A DNA stretch of 64,000 nucleotides from Octopus sinensis (lineage: Eukaryota): the NCBI RefSeq assembly GCF_006345805.1, contig NC_042997.1, forward strand, positions 102,858,001 through 102,922,000. The letters are read 5' to 3'. The notes beneath the pieces are model-generated. The model made no database searches and had not been told where the DNA came from. It saw only the letters and a program-made list of their open reading frames with translations. How positions within the stretch are numbered: the stretch's first letter is position 1; every line of letters starts with the position of its first letter. This document shows positions 12,485 through 24,778 of the stretch, one piece after another. Made by a program: the position numbers and the translations under genes.

Positions 12485-13290
12485 GGATCTTTTCCTTTTG
12501 AACGGCAGATGTCAACACAATTTCTAGTTAACTAAACACTTTTAAACTTCGTATACTGGTAGAATGTGTTTATAAAACGTCATTTTTTCTTGGCTTTATT
12601 GAGAAAATTCTATAGTTTGTAAGATATTTCGAGTTTAAAATCGAGCATTTCGGCAATTTTAACCAATCGATCACCTCCATTTGGGGTGAAAAGATTCCGT
12701 GCTGTATGAATATGTCCCTTGTTTAAGAAACAGATTGGGTTTATTTACATTTGCGAAGAAAAAAAGAAACCCTTCCACTACCCCTACCCCTAATCCTAAC
12801 CCTAACCCTAAAATAGATTGAAATGCAATAGATCGATACTAGGGCCATAATTATGGGTGACATTTTCATTTGACACCGCTAGAAAAAAACCCCATTTTCC
12901 GTAGCGGTGTCGTATGAAATTGTCACCCATAATTATGGCCCTAGTATCGATCTATTGCATTTCAATCTATTTTAGAGTTAGGGTTAGGTTAGGGGTGGGG
13001 GAAGGGTATATTTTTTTCTGCGGAAATGTAAATAAACCCAATCTGTTTCTTAAACAAGGGACATATTCATACAGCACGGAAACTTTTCACCCCAAATGGA
13101 GGTGAGCGATTGGTTAAAATTGCCGAAATGCTCGAAATTTCAGACGAAATATCTTACAAACTATAGAATTTTCTCAATAAAGCCAAGAAAAAATGATGTT
13201 TTATAAACACATTCTACCAGTATACAAGTTTAAAAGTGTTAGGTTAACTAGAAATTGTGTTGACATCAGCCGTTCAAAAGGAAAAGATCT
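12485..13290. mobile_element. Palindromic MITE (family M1) with 8-bp TSD and telomere-like motifs in the arms
   Basis: Termini ggatcttttc...gaaaagatct; TSD aaagaata at 12477-12484 and 13291-13298; ~390-bp arms; cctaaccctaaccctaa at ~12790 with its inverse at ~12980. Confidence 0.92.
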
Positions 13291-13834
13291 AAAGAATAAG
13301 AATAAAGAAGAGAAGAGGGGGAAGAGTAGGGAACAAGTTTGGCACCGTTTCGGTAACTGAATTCGCATAGACAACAACCCCAGCTGCTAACCGGGAACTA
13401 TAAAATAACTTTTTCCAGCTTATCGAATTTCGATATTGGAAAAATTTACAACTTTCTACGTCAATAAGCTTTCGTTCTGCAGGAACCTTCACAGATGTGA
13501 CACTTATTTCTGTTTTGAGTATAAATGTACCGCGGTGCGCGTGACAGCAGAGCCATTCCACAGTCAGCTCTACTTCCCTTGGCTCAAATGGCTGACGAAC
13601 ACAGCTCTTGAGAAAAGAAACAGTCCACACATATTGCACTTCAATTTCAGCTGCGTTTCAACAGTCACTACAATCAGATCCACTTTACGAAGCGAACGCT
13701 TTAAAGCAACATGTGACATTCGTTTGTACTCAAAGATCTCACACCTGTACTTGATAACCGCTCTCCGTGATGTACAGCTTTCAGCTAATATCTATAAGAT
13801 ATCCATATCAATTCCAGATTGTCATTTACGATAT

Positions 13835-14170
13835 CCTTAAATCGTCTTCTGACTTTTTGTCGAGACCTTCATCCTCTGCTCAGCTCCCTATGAAATATCT
13901 GTTTGGGCAGCCTACTGTCTATTATCCTGACAACATGACCACTCCGACACATCAAGTTCAAATTGATAATTTTCTCAATACTGGTGCAGCCAGCTTTCCC
14001 AAATGCAACAACATCAGATATGTATGAGGACTACTTGATGTTCGGAATGTGTCGGATACGAAACTGATGAAACCTTTCCAACTGCTTGATATGATGCCTT
14101 TTAGCTATCCACGCTTTGCATCCGTATAACAGGACAGTTAAATCAAAGGCTTCACACGCAGCGAGCTTTA
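13835..14170 (-). mobile_element. RTE (BovB-like) LINE ORF C-terminal fragment
   Basis: VLLYGCKAWIAKRHHIKQLERFHQFRIRHI...GHVVRIIDSRLPKQIFHRELSRG.RSRQKVRRRFKDIVNDNL resembles the RTE post-RT region. Confidence 0.85.
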
Positions 14171-14171
14171 T

Positions 14172-14240
14172 AAACACATATATACATACATACATACACA
14201 CACACACATACGTACATACATACATACATACATACATACA

Positions 14241-14274
<34 letters not shown>

Positions 14275-14292
14275 CACACATACGTACATACA

Positions 14293-14326
<34 letters not shown>

Positions 14327-14348
14327 CACACATACGTACATACATACA

Positions 14349-14384
<36 letters not shown>

Positions 14385-14508
14385 TATACAAACAGGCATG
14401 CATGCATACATACATACATACATACATACATACATACATACATACATACACACACATACGTACATACATACATACATACATAACATACATACATACATAC
14501 ATACATGC
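14172..14508. repeat. Long (ATAC)n compound microsatellite
   Basis: Directly visible; it is the source of the MYVC/HTYI ORFs. Confidence 0.97.
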
Positions 14509-14759
14509 ATTTGAACTGAATTAAGAGAGGCTTGGGAAGATTCAGTAGGCTACACGAAGAGACTTAAAGAATATTGGGATAAGAAATACCTAGTATTGTC
14601 AAATTTTTTAGCAAAACAATTACGCCAGCAAGTTACATTTCTTGAAAGAAATATGTCACTTTTCCAAACAAAATCACTCATCTAAAATGCGCGCACGCAC
14701 ATACATACACACACACATACACGCACGCGCATATAACTTTGTAAATATAATTTTCCTTC

Positions 14760-15090
14760 TCTCCTTTTTGCTATAAAGGGCAAAAACCCTCTTCGGTCAT
14801 GAAGGACCACGGGATTGTACCTTGAAAGCTCCTCTCCGAGGTGCAAGTCCGGGCAAGTTTGTTTATGGAAAACCAGCAGTTGACCATGCATACCCGTCTC
14901 ACCTCTCCACGCCACCTATGTTATCCAAGGGAAAGCAAAGGCCGATACTGCTTAGCACCAATGACATCGCAACTCATTTCTACAGCTGAGTCAACTGGAG
15001 CAACATGAAATAAAGTGTCTTGCTCCGGGAATCGAACTCACTGCCTCATGATTGTGAGCCCAACGCTCTAACCACTGAATCATGCGCCTA
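14760..15090 (-). mobile_element. SINE family B, near full length
   Basis: Reverse complement matches 5536-5852 including the head ggcgcatgattcagtggttagagcg. Confidence 0.85.
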
Positions 15091-15212
15091 CACGTTTTGC
15101 TATATGTAACTTATAAATTAAGCTTCTTTAAACTCTGTCGTTTAATTCCCGAAAAGCCATTGACAAAACCAAAAATATTTTTGTCGTACTAACGTGTATG
15201 AATTAAATTATA

Positions 15213-15276
<64 letters not shown>

Positions 15277-15434
15277 ATAATAAGATAATAATAATATAAG
15301 GGTAAAATTAAGTAAGAATTAATAATAATTAATTCCATCAAGTAGTGATTCGGTATGTAAAGACCGTGTCGGTAAATTTAAACAATATTTATTATAATAA
15401 GGGTTAGGCAAAAGAATTTGCTTCACCACACACC

Positions 15435-15483
<49 letters not shown>

Positions 15484-15546
15484 ATATAGGGAGAGAGAGA
15501 GAAAGAGAGGAGAGAGAGGAGAGAGGGGAGAGGGAGAGTGAGATGC

Positions 15547-15771
15547 ACAAGGGGTGTTGAAAAGTTTCTGGCTTTAAAGGTATTGGGAAAGGCCTGGTAG
15601 GAGGCCCAACCTTCCCAGTTATTTACATGTCTTAGAAAAACTGAAGGATTGCTGCAATAAGTGTGGGAATCTGAGAGGGGAATATGTTGAATAGAATCAT
15701 AATTAACTGATCCTCCTGTATTTTCTTTTACCGAATTTACCCAAAGCCAGGAACTTTTCTGCACCACTTGT
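15547..15771 (+). mobile_element. Mariner-derived MITE (family M2)
   Basis: TIRs ggggtgttgaaaagtttctggcttt / aaagccaggaacttttctgcacc; interior encodes a transposase C-terminus (LEKLKDCCNKCGNLRGEYVE*); copies at 61827 and 62109. Confidence 0.85.
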
Positions 15772-16433
15772 TTATATATATATATTTATACACATGCACG
15801 CACGTACGCACGCACCCCCCCCCACACACACACAAACACACACACACACACAGACACAGACACACACACAAATAGATAGATACACATACATATGTGTGTG
15901 CACGTGTTTATGCGTGCGTGTTTATGCGTAATATGTGTAATACCTAGCTATATATGTGCATGTATGTGAATGTGATGTCTAGATAATTACACTTGTGTCT
16001 CTGCAAATGTACGACTTTATACAAATACAACTGTTGTAAATTAGTAAGGTTTACGATGATCATCATCAACGTTCTCGTTATCTTGGACACACATTTTACA
16101 TTTACAATATAGAACAAACCCACACACTGACGGGCAAAGACTAACAGGCGTATAAATACGAGCTGACATGTGTGTACGTACGCGTTACTCTGTGTAAAGG
16201 CAATGAAGGTGAAACCGGAACAACCCAAGCTTGTGAAAAGGAAACTACATGTTTACATTAGTGAAAAAGTAAACTCTATATAATCTTATATTTCTATAGG
16301 CATGCAATTTATCCCGTTTGACGTTATTTTAGTTCCATTCAAACTACAGGAGTGCTGATTTTGAAAGATTTGACTACATAGCATGTTTATTAACAGTACG
16401 TATATATTTCAAATGCTTGTCCCGTTTCTCATA

Positions 16434-16520
<87 letters not shown>

Positions 16521-16544
16521 ATCTATCTATTCTATCTATCTATT

Positions 16545-16579
<35 letters not shown>

Positions 16580-16894
16580 ATCTATCTATCTATCTATCTA
16601 TCTATCTCTCTCTCTCTCTCCTCTCTATATATCTATATAATATATATATATATATATAAACTGCAAATATAGTTCATGTATGTATATATGTATGCATATA
16701 CATACAATCCATACATACATACATACATATATATATGCATATACATAAATACGTACTTACATATATATACATATATATATGTATGTATATATATATATAT
16801 GTATGTATTTATGTCTGTATCTGTCTGTCTATATCTCTCTCATTCAGTCTTTCTCTTTTCTCTTTCTCCCCCTCACTGTATATATATACATATG

Positions 16895-16964
<70 letters not shown>

Positions 16965-16966
<2 letters not shown>

Positions 16967-17749
16967 GAAAGAATGGAGTCGAACGAAGATGTTAACAAAA
17001 TTCCTTTACTCTCGACATATGTTCCGAAGACCGCATGGTTTCATTCCAAAGGAATAAAGGGTGTATGATGCAATCTTCTCATCAGGAAAGAAAGGGGGCC
17101 TCTCTCGGCAACAGGACAAACAAAAGTTTCGATGACTGCCTACATGGTAAACAAAACGACCCTAGAGAAGAGGATATGGAAGAGTTCCATATCCTCTTCT
17201 CTAAGGTTCCCCTTGTAAACACACTCATAGAGAAATCCTATAAATGTAAGCACTGGCAGAAACATACTTTTTACTCTTACAAATGATTACGATAGGCATC
17301 GTGCTTTGAACAATTAGCTTAACATACTCTCCACTTCAATAGTGAAATTCTTTCCTAAGCCTTTGAACATTCTTAATCAACATACCCTTCCCTTTCCACT
17401 GGTTCCCTACCTATCATTCCTTTAACCCTTCTCTTCCCACTATCTAACTTTGACGTCAATTCTTCTAACGGTTTTTTAAAATAAATCACTTATTGTCGTT
17501 TTGTTTACCATGTAGGCAGTCATCGAAACTTTTGTTTGTCTTGTTGTCGAGAGAGGCCCCCTTTCTTTCCTGATGAGAAGTTGCATCATGCACCCTTTAT
17601 TCCTTTGGAATGAAACCATGTGGTCTTCGAAACATATGTCGGGAGTAAAGGAATTTTGTTAACATCTTCGTTCGACTCCATTCTTTCATTTATTTGTTTA
17701 TATATAACACACAAATTTCTGCAAATGAACCCGGAGTTTCTACCCTTGG

Positions 17750-17788
<39 letters not shown>

Positions 17789-17832
17789 CATATCTATATA
17801 TATACATATATTCTATATATATATATATATAT

Positions 17833-17869
<37 letters not shown>

Positions 17870-18330
17870 CGAGGCAGCCCGGGTTCGATTCCCGGCATGG
17901 GAACGTCTTTCTTTTATAAAGGCGGTGCTCCAGCATGGCCGCAGTCAAATGACTGAAACAAGTAAAAGAGTATATATATATATGTATATTATATATATAT
18001 ACATATATATATATACTCTTTTACTTGTTTCAGTCATTTGACTGCGGCATGCTGCTGGAGCACCGCTAATTGTTCAAAGCACGATGCCTATCGTAATCAT
18101 TTGTAAGAGTAAAAAGTATGTTTCTGCCAGTTGCTACATTTATAGGATTTCTCTATGAGTGTGTTTACAAGGGGAACCTTAGAGAAGAGGATATGGAACT
18201 CTTCCATATCCTCTTCTCTAGGGTCGTTTTGTTTACCATGTAGGCAGTCATCGAAACTTTTGTTTGTCCTGTTGCCGAGAGAGGCCCCCTTTCTTTCCTG
18301 ATGAGAAGATTGCATCATACACCCTTTATA
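16965..18330. repeat. Block of nested inverted duplications
   Basis: 17053-17318 is near-identically inverted at 18066-18329; 16965-17165 is inverted at 17500-17700; internal hairpin tagagaagaggatatggaa-gag-ttccatatcctcttctcta; SINE A tail mirrored across (TA)n at 17922-18066. Confidence 0.85.
17866..17903 (+). pseudogene. 3' half of a tRNA-Glu-like gene (from the anticodon loop to the discriminator)
   Basis: tcac-cgagg-cagc-ccggg-ttcgatt-cccgg-catggga-a has an intact T arm and acceptor 3' strand typical of eukaryotic tRNA-Glu; followed by gtctttctttt and no CCA. Confidence 0.7.
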
Positions 18331-18356
18331 TATTATATATATATTATATATATATA

Positions 18357-18426
<70 letters not shown>

Positions 18427-18868
18427 ATATATATGTAATAGAAATATCGTACAAAAAGGAAAAAGAAACTACACGTTGAAATGTAAGGGGCAAGTAAGAA
18501 GGAAATTAAGCGAAAATGCACATTGGAAATCAAATAAGTAAAGGCTTTTTATGAAAAGTAACGATAGATATATACAATTAGATGAACTGCGGTAGGAATA
18601 AAAGTAATAAAAGTCATCATTGTGAATTGCTAAAGAGATTTAAAAGCATGCCATTTCATAAATTTACTAATCATAGCTTTGAATGCACACCGATTAAAGA
18701 ACGGTGTCAGGTCTACTTGTCCCCGAGTAAAAAGATTATGTGTAAGGGAGGTAAGTATTTCTGGATTTGGTGCAATTAGGGTAGATATGGATCTATAATG
18801 TGAATGGTGTTTGGGATGTGTGGGGGTTAGTGGTATTAATTGAAAGGTTAGTAGTGTTCTGTATTATG

Positions 18869-19139
18869 TTATGTGTTCATATTGAGTTGTGGAAGATATT
18901 TATTGATGAAAGTTACCTCTTTATTCATTCTTTGTTGTATTGAGGTGTTCTGTGAACATTGATAGAAGAGGAAAATAGGATTAAGATTCCTAGCACACCT
19001 TTCTATGTGTTCAATAACCTGTACCTGTCTGTATTGTGAGTGGCGGATTTGTTCTTTGCGGAGAGCGGTTCTTCGACGGAGTGATATTCCTGTTTGGCCA
19101 ATATAACTATTACCGAAACTATGGTACAGATTCTTTCGC

Positions 19140-19140
<1 letters not shown>
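18869..19140 (-). mobile_element. Penelope-like element GIY-YIG endonuclease C-terminal remnant
   Basis: SYIGQTGISLRRRTALRKEQIRHSQYRQVQVIEHIERCA...RMNKEVTFINKYLPQLN* matches the PLE GIY-YIG pattern (YIGQT..LR.R...H...E..FI....P.LN). Confidence 0.88.
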
Positions 19141-19170
<30 letters not shown>

Positions 19171-19281
19171 TGTATGTATGTATGTATGTATGCATGCATG
19201 CATGTATTTAAGTTCGAAAATCGAACTTAAATACATGGTTAAAATTTGCCCTGTTCATAATTATACCATACGTTACGCATA

Positions 19282-19449
19282 TATATACGACGGGTTTCTT
19301 TCAGTTTCTGTCTACGAAATCCACTCACAAAGCTTTGGTTGGCCCGAGGCTACAGTAGAAGACACTTTCCCAAGATGCCACGCAGTGGGACTGAACCCAG
19401 GACCATGTAGTTGGGAAGCAAGCTTCTTACCACACAGCTACGCCTGCAC
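19282..19449 (-). mobile_element. SINE family A, 5' half
   Basis: Reverse complement of the family A head and core. Confidence 0.88.
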
Positions 19450-19494
19450 CTCTCTTTCTTTCTTTCTCTTTCTCCTTCTCTCCTCTCTCTCTCG

Positions 19495-19544
<50 letters not shown>

Positions 19545-19599
19545 TATATAATATATGTTTATAGTAACCAAATGTTCGCGCCGTACTTTAGCTCATTCT

Positions 19600-19780
19600 C
19601 CCAATCAGATCGACGTGCCTGAATAGGTGTGCGGTGTACCTCGTGTCAAGTGTCGAAGTGATCACCGATAGTGAAGTGTTTTGCTCAACAACACAACGCG
19701 CCACCCGGTCAGTCTAGGAATTGAAATTATGATCTAGCGACCACGATTGCAACATCCTAACCACTAGAGCATGCGTCCTC
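19600..19780 (-). mobile_element. tRNA-head SINE fragment (family B-related)
   Basis: Minus strand gtgaggacgcatgctctagtggttaggatg...ttcaattcctag...gcgttgtgttgttgagcaaaacac. Confidence 0.6.
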
Positions 19781-19820
19781 ACACACACACACACGCACGC
19801 ACGCATGCACGCACACACAC

Positions 19821-19862
<42 letters not shown>

Positions 19863-19869
19863 TTGTAAC

Positions 19870-20040
19870 TACATGTGTGCTGTTGCCGATTTCCTTGTCT
19901 TCTTTGGATTTTTCCCTTTCTCCTTTCCGACGAAGAGCTATCCTCGAAACTCTTTCCTTTCACCGAGCGTCAAGTTAATACATTACTTATGTCCGTCCTC
20001 ATGTCCGTTTTGATTCGTTTATTTGAATTATTTGTTTATT
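19870..20040 (+). mobile_element. PLE-type terminal repeat, decayed
   Basis: tttccgacgaagagctatcctcgaaac...ccgagcgtca; same family as 10073 and 50728. Confidence 0.55.
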
Positions 20041-20547
20041 TGAATTTACTATATAAATATATATATATAAATGAATATATATGTATATCTATATATATAA
20101 AGCTGAAGTTGTTAGTGTGTGTGTGTGTGTGGCAGGTTTGGTAGCCTCCAACTAACACCATCTCCTTCGAGACCCTGCGACACAAGTTGACCGAGAGTAT
20201 GATAGAAGGTTTGCTCTTCATTCCGTAGAAGAAAGCTTCAAATCGGACCATGTTAACACCAAAAATTTTTTACATCAAAAAGGTGGTTTTTTTTCTATGA
20301 AAATCCTTACTTTTTTACGATTTTTTTTACTTCTGTGTCTCTATTTTTAGGTGTATTTCAACCAGAAAAATGTTCACTTAAAGAAAATAACAAGCTACAT
20401 AATCCAAAATTTTTGCTTTTAAAAAATTTCAATTCTAAAGGGTCGAAAAGAAAACAAACCCGAGCAACGCCGATCTATACTGCTAGTATATATATATATA
20501 TATATATATTTAAAAAGGAGATGTGGAACACGAGTTGTGATATATAA

Positions 20548-20746
20548 AAAAGGAAATGAAGAAAATGCCGACAAAATAATTTAAGTAATTTAAGTAATTT
20601 AATTATCCAGATAAGAGGAAAAAATCTATCAGAAAGGAACTCTAATCTTTTGATAAGCATAACAAATGCGCAACCGGTAAAAAGAACTTTCACCTAATTA
20701 AATTACTTAAATTACTTAATTATTTTGTCACCATTTTCTTCATTTC

Positions 20747-20752
<6 letters not shown>
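20548..20752. mobile_element. ~200-bp MITE with ~50-bp TIRs in a TA-rich site
   Basis: aaggaaatgaagaaaatgccgacaaaataatttaagtaatttaagtaatttaatta / taattaaattacttaaattacttaattattttgtcaccattttcttcatttcctt. Confidence 0.75.
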
Positions 20753-20821
<69 letters not shown>

Positions 20822-20924
20822 AATCAATATAGGGTAGCAAAAAATTCAATAGAATTTTTTTTCGCCACCAGCGAAAGAGAAAATAGAGAAAGAGAAAATA
20901 GTCAGAGACTATATATATAAATTT

Positions 20925-21202
20925 AACAACAATTGAGGAACGGCCTCAATAGGCCATTCGACCCACTAGAAAGAGCAGCCAGGACTCAAACCGGTAGATT
21001 GACTTGATTAAGTTTAATTTAATTTAATTAGGCTGGTTTGCCATTAAAAACGCCGAAACAATGCATTGTCTAAAGATGAATAGGGTAAATGTTTTTTAAT
21101 TTTCCTTTAATTTCTGAATTACTACTACTTGGCGGTTTGAGTTCTGGCTGCTCTTTCTAGTGGGTCGAATGGCTTATTGAGGCCGTTCCTCAATTGTTGT
21201 TG

Positions 21203-21203
<1 letters not shown>
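20925..21203. mobile_element. ~280-bp element with ~68-bp inverted ends
   Basis: acaacaattgaggaacggcctcaataggccattcgacccactagaaagagcagcc is inverted at 21134-21203. Confidence 0.75.
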
Positions 21204-21270
<67 letters not shown>

Positions 21271-21530
21271 ATCGCGGTTTCGATTCCTAGACTGGGTGTT
21301 GTGAGTGTTTATTGAGCGAAAACTTCTAAAGCCCCGCAAGGCTCCGTCAGGGGGCGGTGGCGATCCCTGCTGTACTCTTTCGCCGCAACTTTCTCTCACT
21401 CTCTCTTCTGTTGGCCTGCTCGCTTATCCAGCGGGGTGGCGTCATTTGAAGGCAAAAACAATGCGAAGCGCATTGTGACCAGCGATGTGTAGCAACATCT
21501 GATAGCCTGGTCGGTGTCGTGATCATTATA
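21271..21530 (+). mobile_element. SINE family C (5'-truncated)
   Basis: atcgcggtttcgattcctag...gagcgaaaac...ctttcgccgcaactttctctcactc. Confidence 0.78.
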
Positions 21531-21669
21531 TGTGTCTATTTAACGTACCTGCTTTATTCTTACTTCAGGACCATAACTTTGTTAACATAGTTTGCGAAAG
21601 AAGTTCGAAGATCTGGCAGCTTTCTCTGTTCCTCTGGATTAGTTACTTCTATACGCCAAATTTGCAACA

Positions 21670-21733
<64 letters not shown>

Positions 21734-22034
21734 TACGCACGCACACGTACACAGAACCGACTATTCGTGCAGCCTAACAGATTCCTCGGAGCCATTAAAA
21801 TGAAATGTAGTGTTATTTCGGAAAGCGTTTAAATGCATAGAAATAAATAGGAATGATCTACCGCGTAACAATATTTATGTCCATTAATAATACAATATGG
21901 TTTGAGGAAAGCCACTGTCGGATATATGCAGGTATGGACGAATATACGTATCCAGATAAATTCATAATGAACATAGGCATAACTATTCATAGTTATACGA
22001 AAATACATGTATTTCTGTATATGTATGAATAGCT

Positions 22035-22330
22035 ATGTGGAGGCACATGGCCTAGTGGTTAGACCAGCTGTCAAGGGATCGCAGGTTCGAATCTCAGACC
22101 GGGCGATGTGTATGTTTATGAGCGAAACAGTTAAGCTCCATGCGGCTCCGGCAGAAGGTAAAGGCGAACGTCTGCTGATTCTTTCGCCACAACTTTCTCT
22201 CACTCTTTCCTCCTGCATCTTGCAGCTCACTTGCGACGGACCGGCGTCCCGTCCAGGTGAAGAACCTATACGCCAAGGAAACCGGGAAACCGGCCCTTAT
22301 GAGCCAGGCATAGCTCGAGAAGGAAGAAAC
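22035..22330 (+). mobile_element. SINE family C
   Basis: gtggaggcacatggcctagtggttag...ggttcgaatc head and ggcgtcccgtccagg domain. Confidence 0.8.
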
Positions 22331-23203
22331 AATGAATAGCTACGCATCAGTAATATATGGTTTTCTATTGCGCTAAAATTTTATTTCGCATGCACTGAAA
22401 TTTCAGTTTACGTGAATTAAAATTTACTCGGTTAAACTATTTTTTATACAAAATATTTTGCTTTACGAAAATAATTTAGTAATATGCTATACTTTCTCTG
22501 GCCTGGTGCCAAAATTCGAAAGCAATATGTTATAGTCTTTCTTTTATGCGTGTAAAACCCACCTGTGAAAATATACACTAACATTTTTAAAGTAAAGCTG
22601 TCATGTGAAAACATATTTGCACTTTTATTTCTATATCGTTCACTCATAGCAGCAGGTTGAATACATTTTTAAGGCCAACTGTTAGTTACACGCGAGCACT
22701 TCTAGGCTTCATTACTAATTCAATTGTCAACCAAATTGAAGTCATTGTGTTTGCATTGATGGTCCTATATCATAAGCTATAATTTGAGAAAAAAATAACT
22801 GAAATTTGATTCATTAAAACACGTTAGGTCAAAGTATGCAAGGTCAAAAATAGGAGAGTAAAGTGAAAAATTGACCTTGAAACAAAATATCTCAGTTATT
22901 TTAAAAGTATACAGTAACTGAGTTGAAAAGAACGTGCACACTGAGAAGAATCTTTTGGTGAAAGCAGCGTTAAAAAGTATTAGCCACGAAAAAAGTATTT
23001 GGTTTTAAGTGACGAAAACAGAAGTGGCCGCTAAAATTGACTTTGAATCAAAATATCTCACCTATTATAAAAAAAATTATACAGTAGTTGTGTTCAAATG
23101 TAAGAGCTTTATGAGATGAATCTTATAATGAAAAGCTTATCAAAATATATTTCCAACAAAAAAGTGGTATGGCCTTAAGTAACAAAGAAATGAAAGTGAT
23201 CAT

Positions 23204-23645
23204 TTTACTCTTTTACTCTTTTACTTGTTTCAGTCATTTGACTGTGGCCATGCTGGAGCACCGCCTTTTTTAGTCGAGCAAATCGACCTCAGGACTTATT
23301 CTTTGGATGCCTAGTGCTTATTCTATCTGTCTCTTTTCGCCGAACCGCTAAGTTACGGGGACGTAAACACACCAGCATTGGTTGCTGGGGGGAGGGGGCA
23401 AACACAGACACATAAACATATACACTCACATACCTACATATACATATATATACGAAGGCTTCTTTCAGTTTCCGCCTACCAAATCTACTCACAGGGTATT
23501 GATAGTCCCGAGGCTATAGTAGAAGACACTTGCCCACGCAATGGGACTGAACCCGGAACCATGTGGTTCGTAAGCAAGCTACTTTACTACACAGGCACTC
23601 CTACGCCTATAAAGCTACTTTACCACACAGCCACTCCTACGCCTA
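23204..23645 (-). mobile_element. SINE family A
   Basis: Reverse complement of family A with (aaaagagt)n tail; head motif duplicated at 23575-23645. Confidence 0.88.
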
Positions 23646-24018
23646 TAAACAATTTAAACAATTTCAAATATTTTTGATATTTGAAGATATTTAGCGTTAT
23701 AAAAGACAGTATCCGATGTCATAAGTTGCACAGTTTAATGATACAGAGCACTTAATCGCACTTTGAGAGGTACGGGTGCGATTCTCTACAGCGTCCTGCT
23801 TAGCCACCTTCCCTCTCCGTTTTCTAACATACATATTTATATGATAGAAATATTACCCGCGTTGTTAAAAAGAACTTGTTTTATTCAAATATATATATAA
23901 ACATAAAAATTCAATGCATGTTCAATCCATTCTCATTATACCCGGGTTCTATTATAAAAGAAAAAAGTACATACATACACACACATATATACATACATAC
24001 ATAATACATAATACATAC

Positions 24019-24078
<60 letters not shown>

Positions 24079-24079
24079 T

Positions 24080-24121
<42 letters not shown>

Positions 24122-24141
24122 ATTATATATATATATATAAT

Positions 24142-24176
<35 letters not shown>

Positions 24177-24245
24177 GCGAGGGGAAGTCAACAATTATTT
24201 GCACTTTCGCTATAACATATGCTTATCATTGCCACACTGCCTTCT

Positions 24246-24778
24246 GCGCATGCGTGCTTATACCTGGTACTATTGTGGTCACATGATCGAAGTTTGAGCC
24301 TGATCGCGCCATTTTTCTTTCTGACCTTACAGTGTAAGCATAGGCGCCCCACTAGCAATATGCGCCAAAGAAGAACAAAGAGCAGTGATCCGAGAGATAG
24401 TAATAGTTAACCGGTTCACTATTACCATCTCTTGAGCTTGTTGAATCTTCTCGTCAGTGGTGGAGGTTGACTGGCGTCCTGCTCCCTCTTCGTGCGTCAC
24501 GCTTGTCCGGTCACTTTTAAACTACTCTATCCACTCATATACACTCCTACGCGGTAGTGCACTGTCTCCGTATTGAGTTAAAAAGCTTCCGATGGATTTC
24601 AGCACCTGACACACATTTCGACCAGAGAAATAGGATCATTGCTTTTTCTTCTTTTTTGGTACACATTGCTAGTGGAGTGGCCATGCTTACACTATAAAGC
24701 CAGAAAGAAAAATGGTGCGATCAGACTCAAACTTCGATCACGTGACCACAATGGTATCAACAGTAAGCACGCATGCGC
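24246..24778. mobile_element. Mariner 5' region in fold-back arrangement
   Basis: 146-bp arms 24246-24391 / 24633-24778; minus strand 24690-24400 gives a mariner N-terminal HTH region (LWSKCVSGAEIHRK..QYGDSALPRRSVYEWIE*FKSDRTSVTHEEGAGRQSTSTTDEKIQQAQEMV). Confidence 0.82.

Noticed and set aside
12781-13000. True interstitial telomere or chromosome-fusion scar
   Set aside because: The few CCCTAA units are integral parts of MITE arms present in two TSD-flanked copies.
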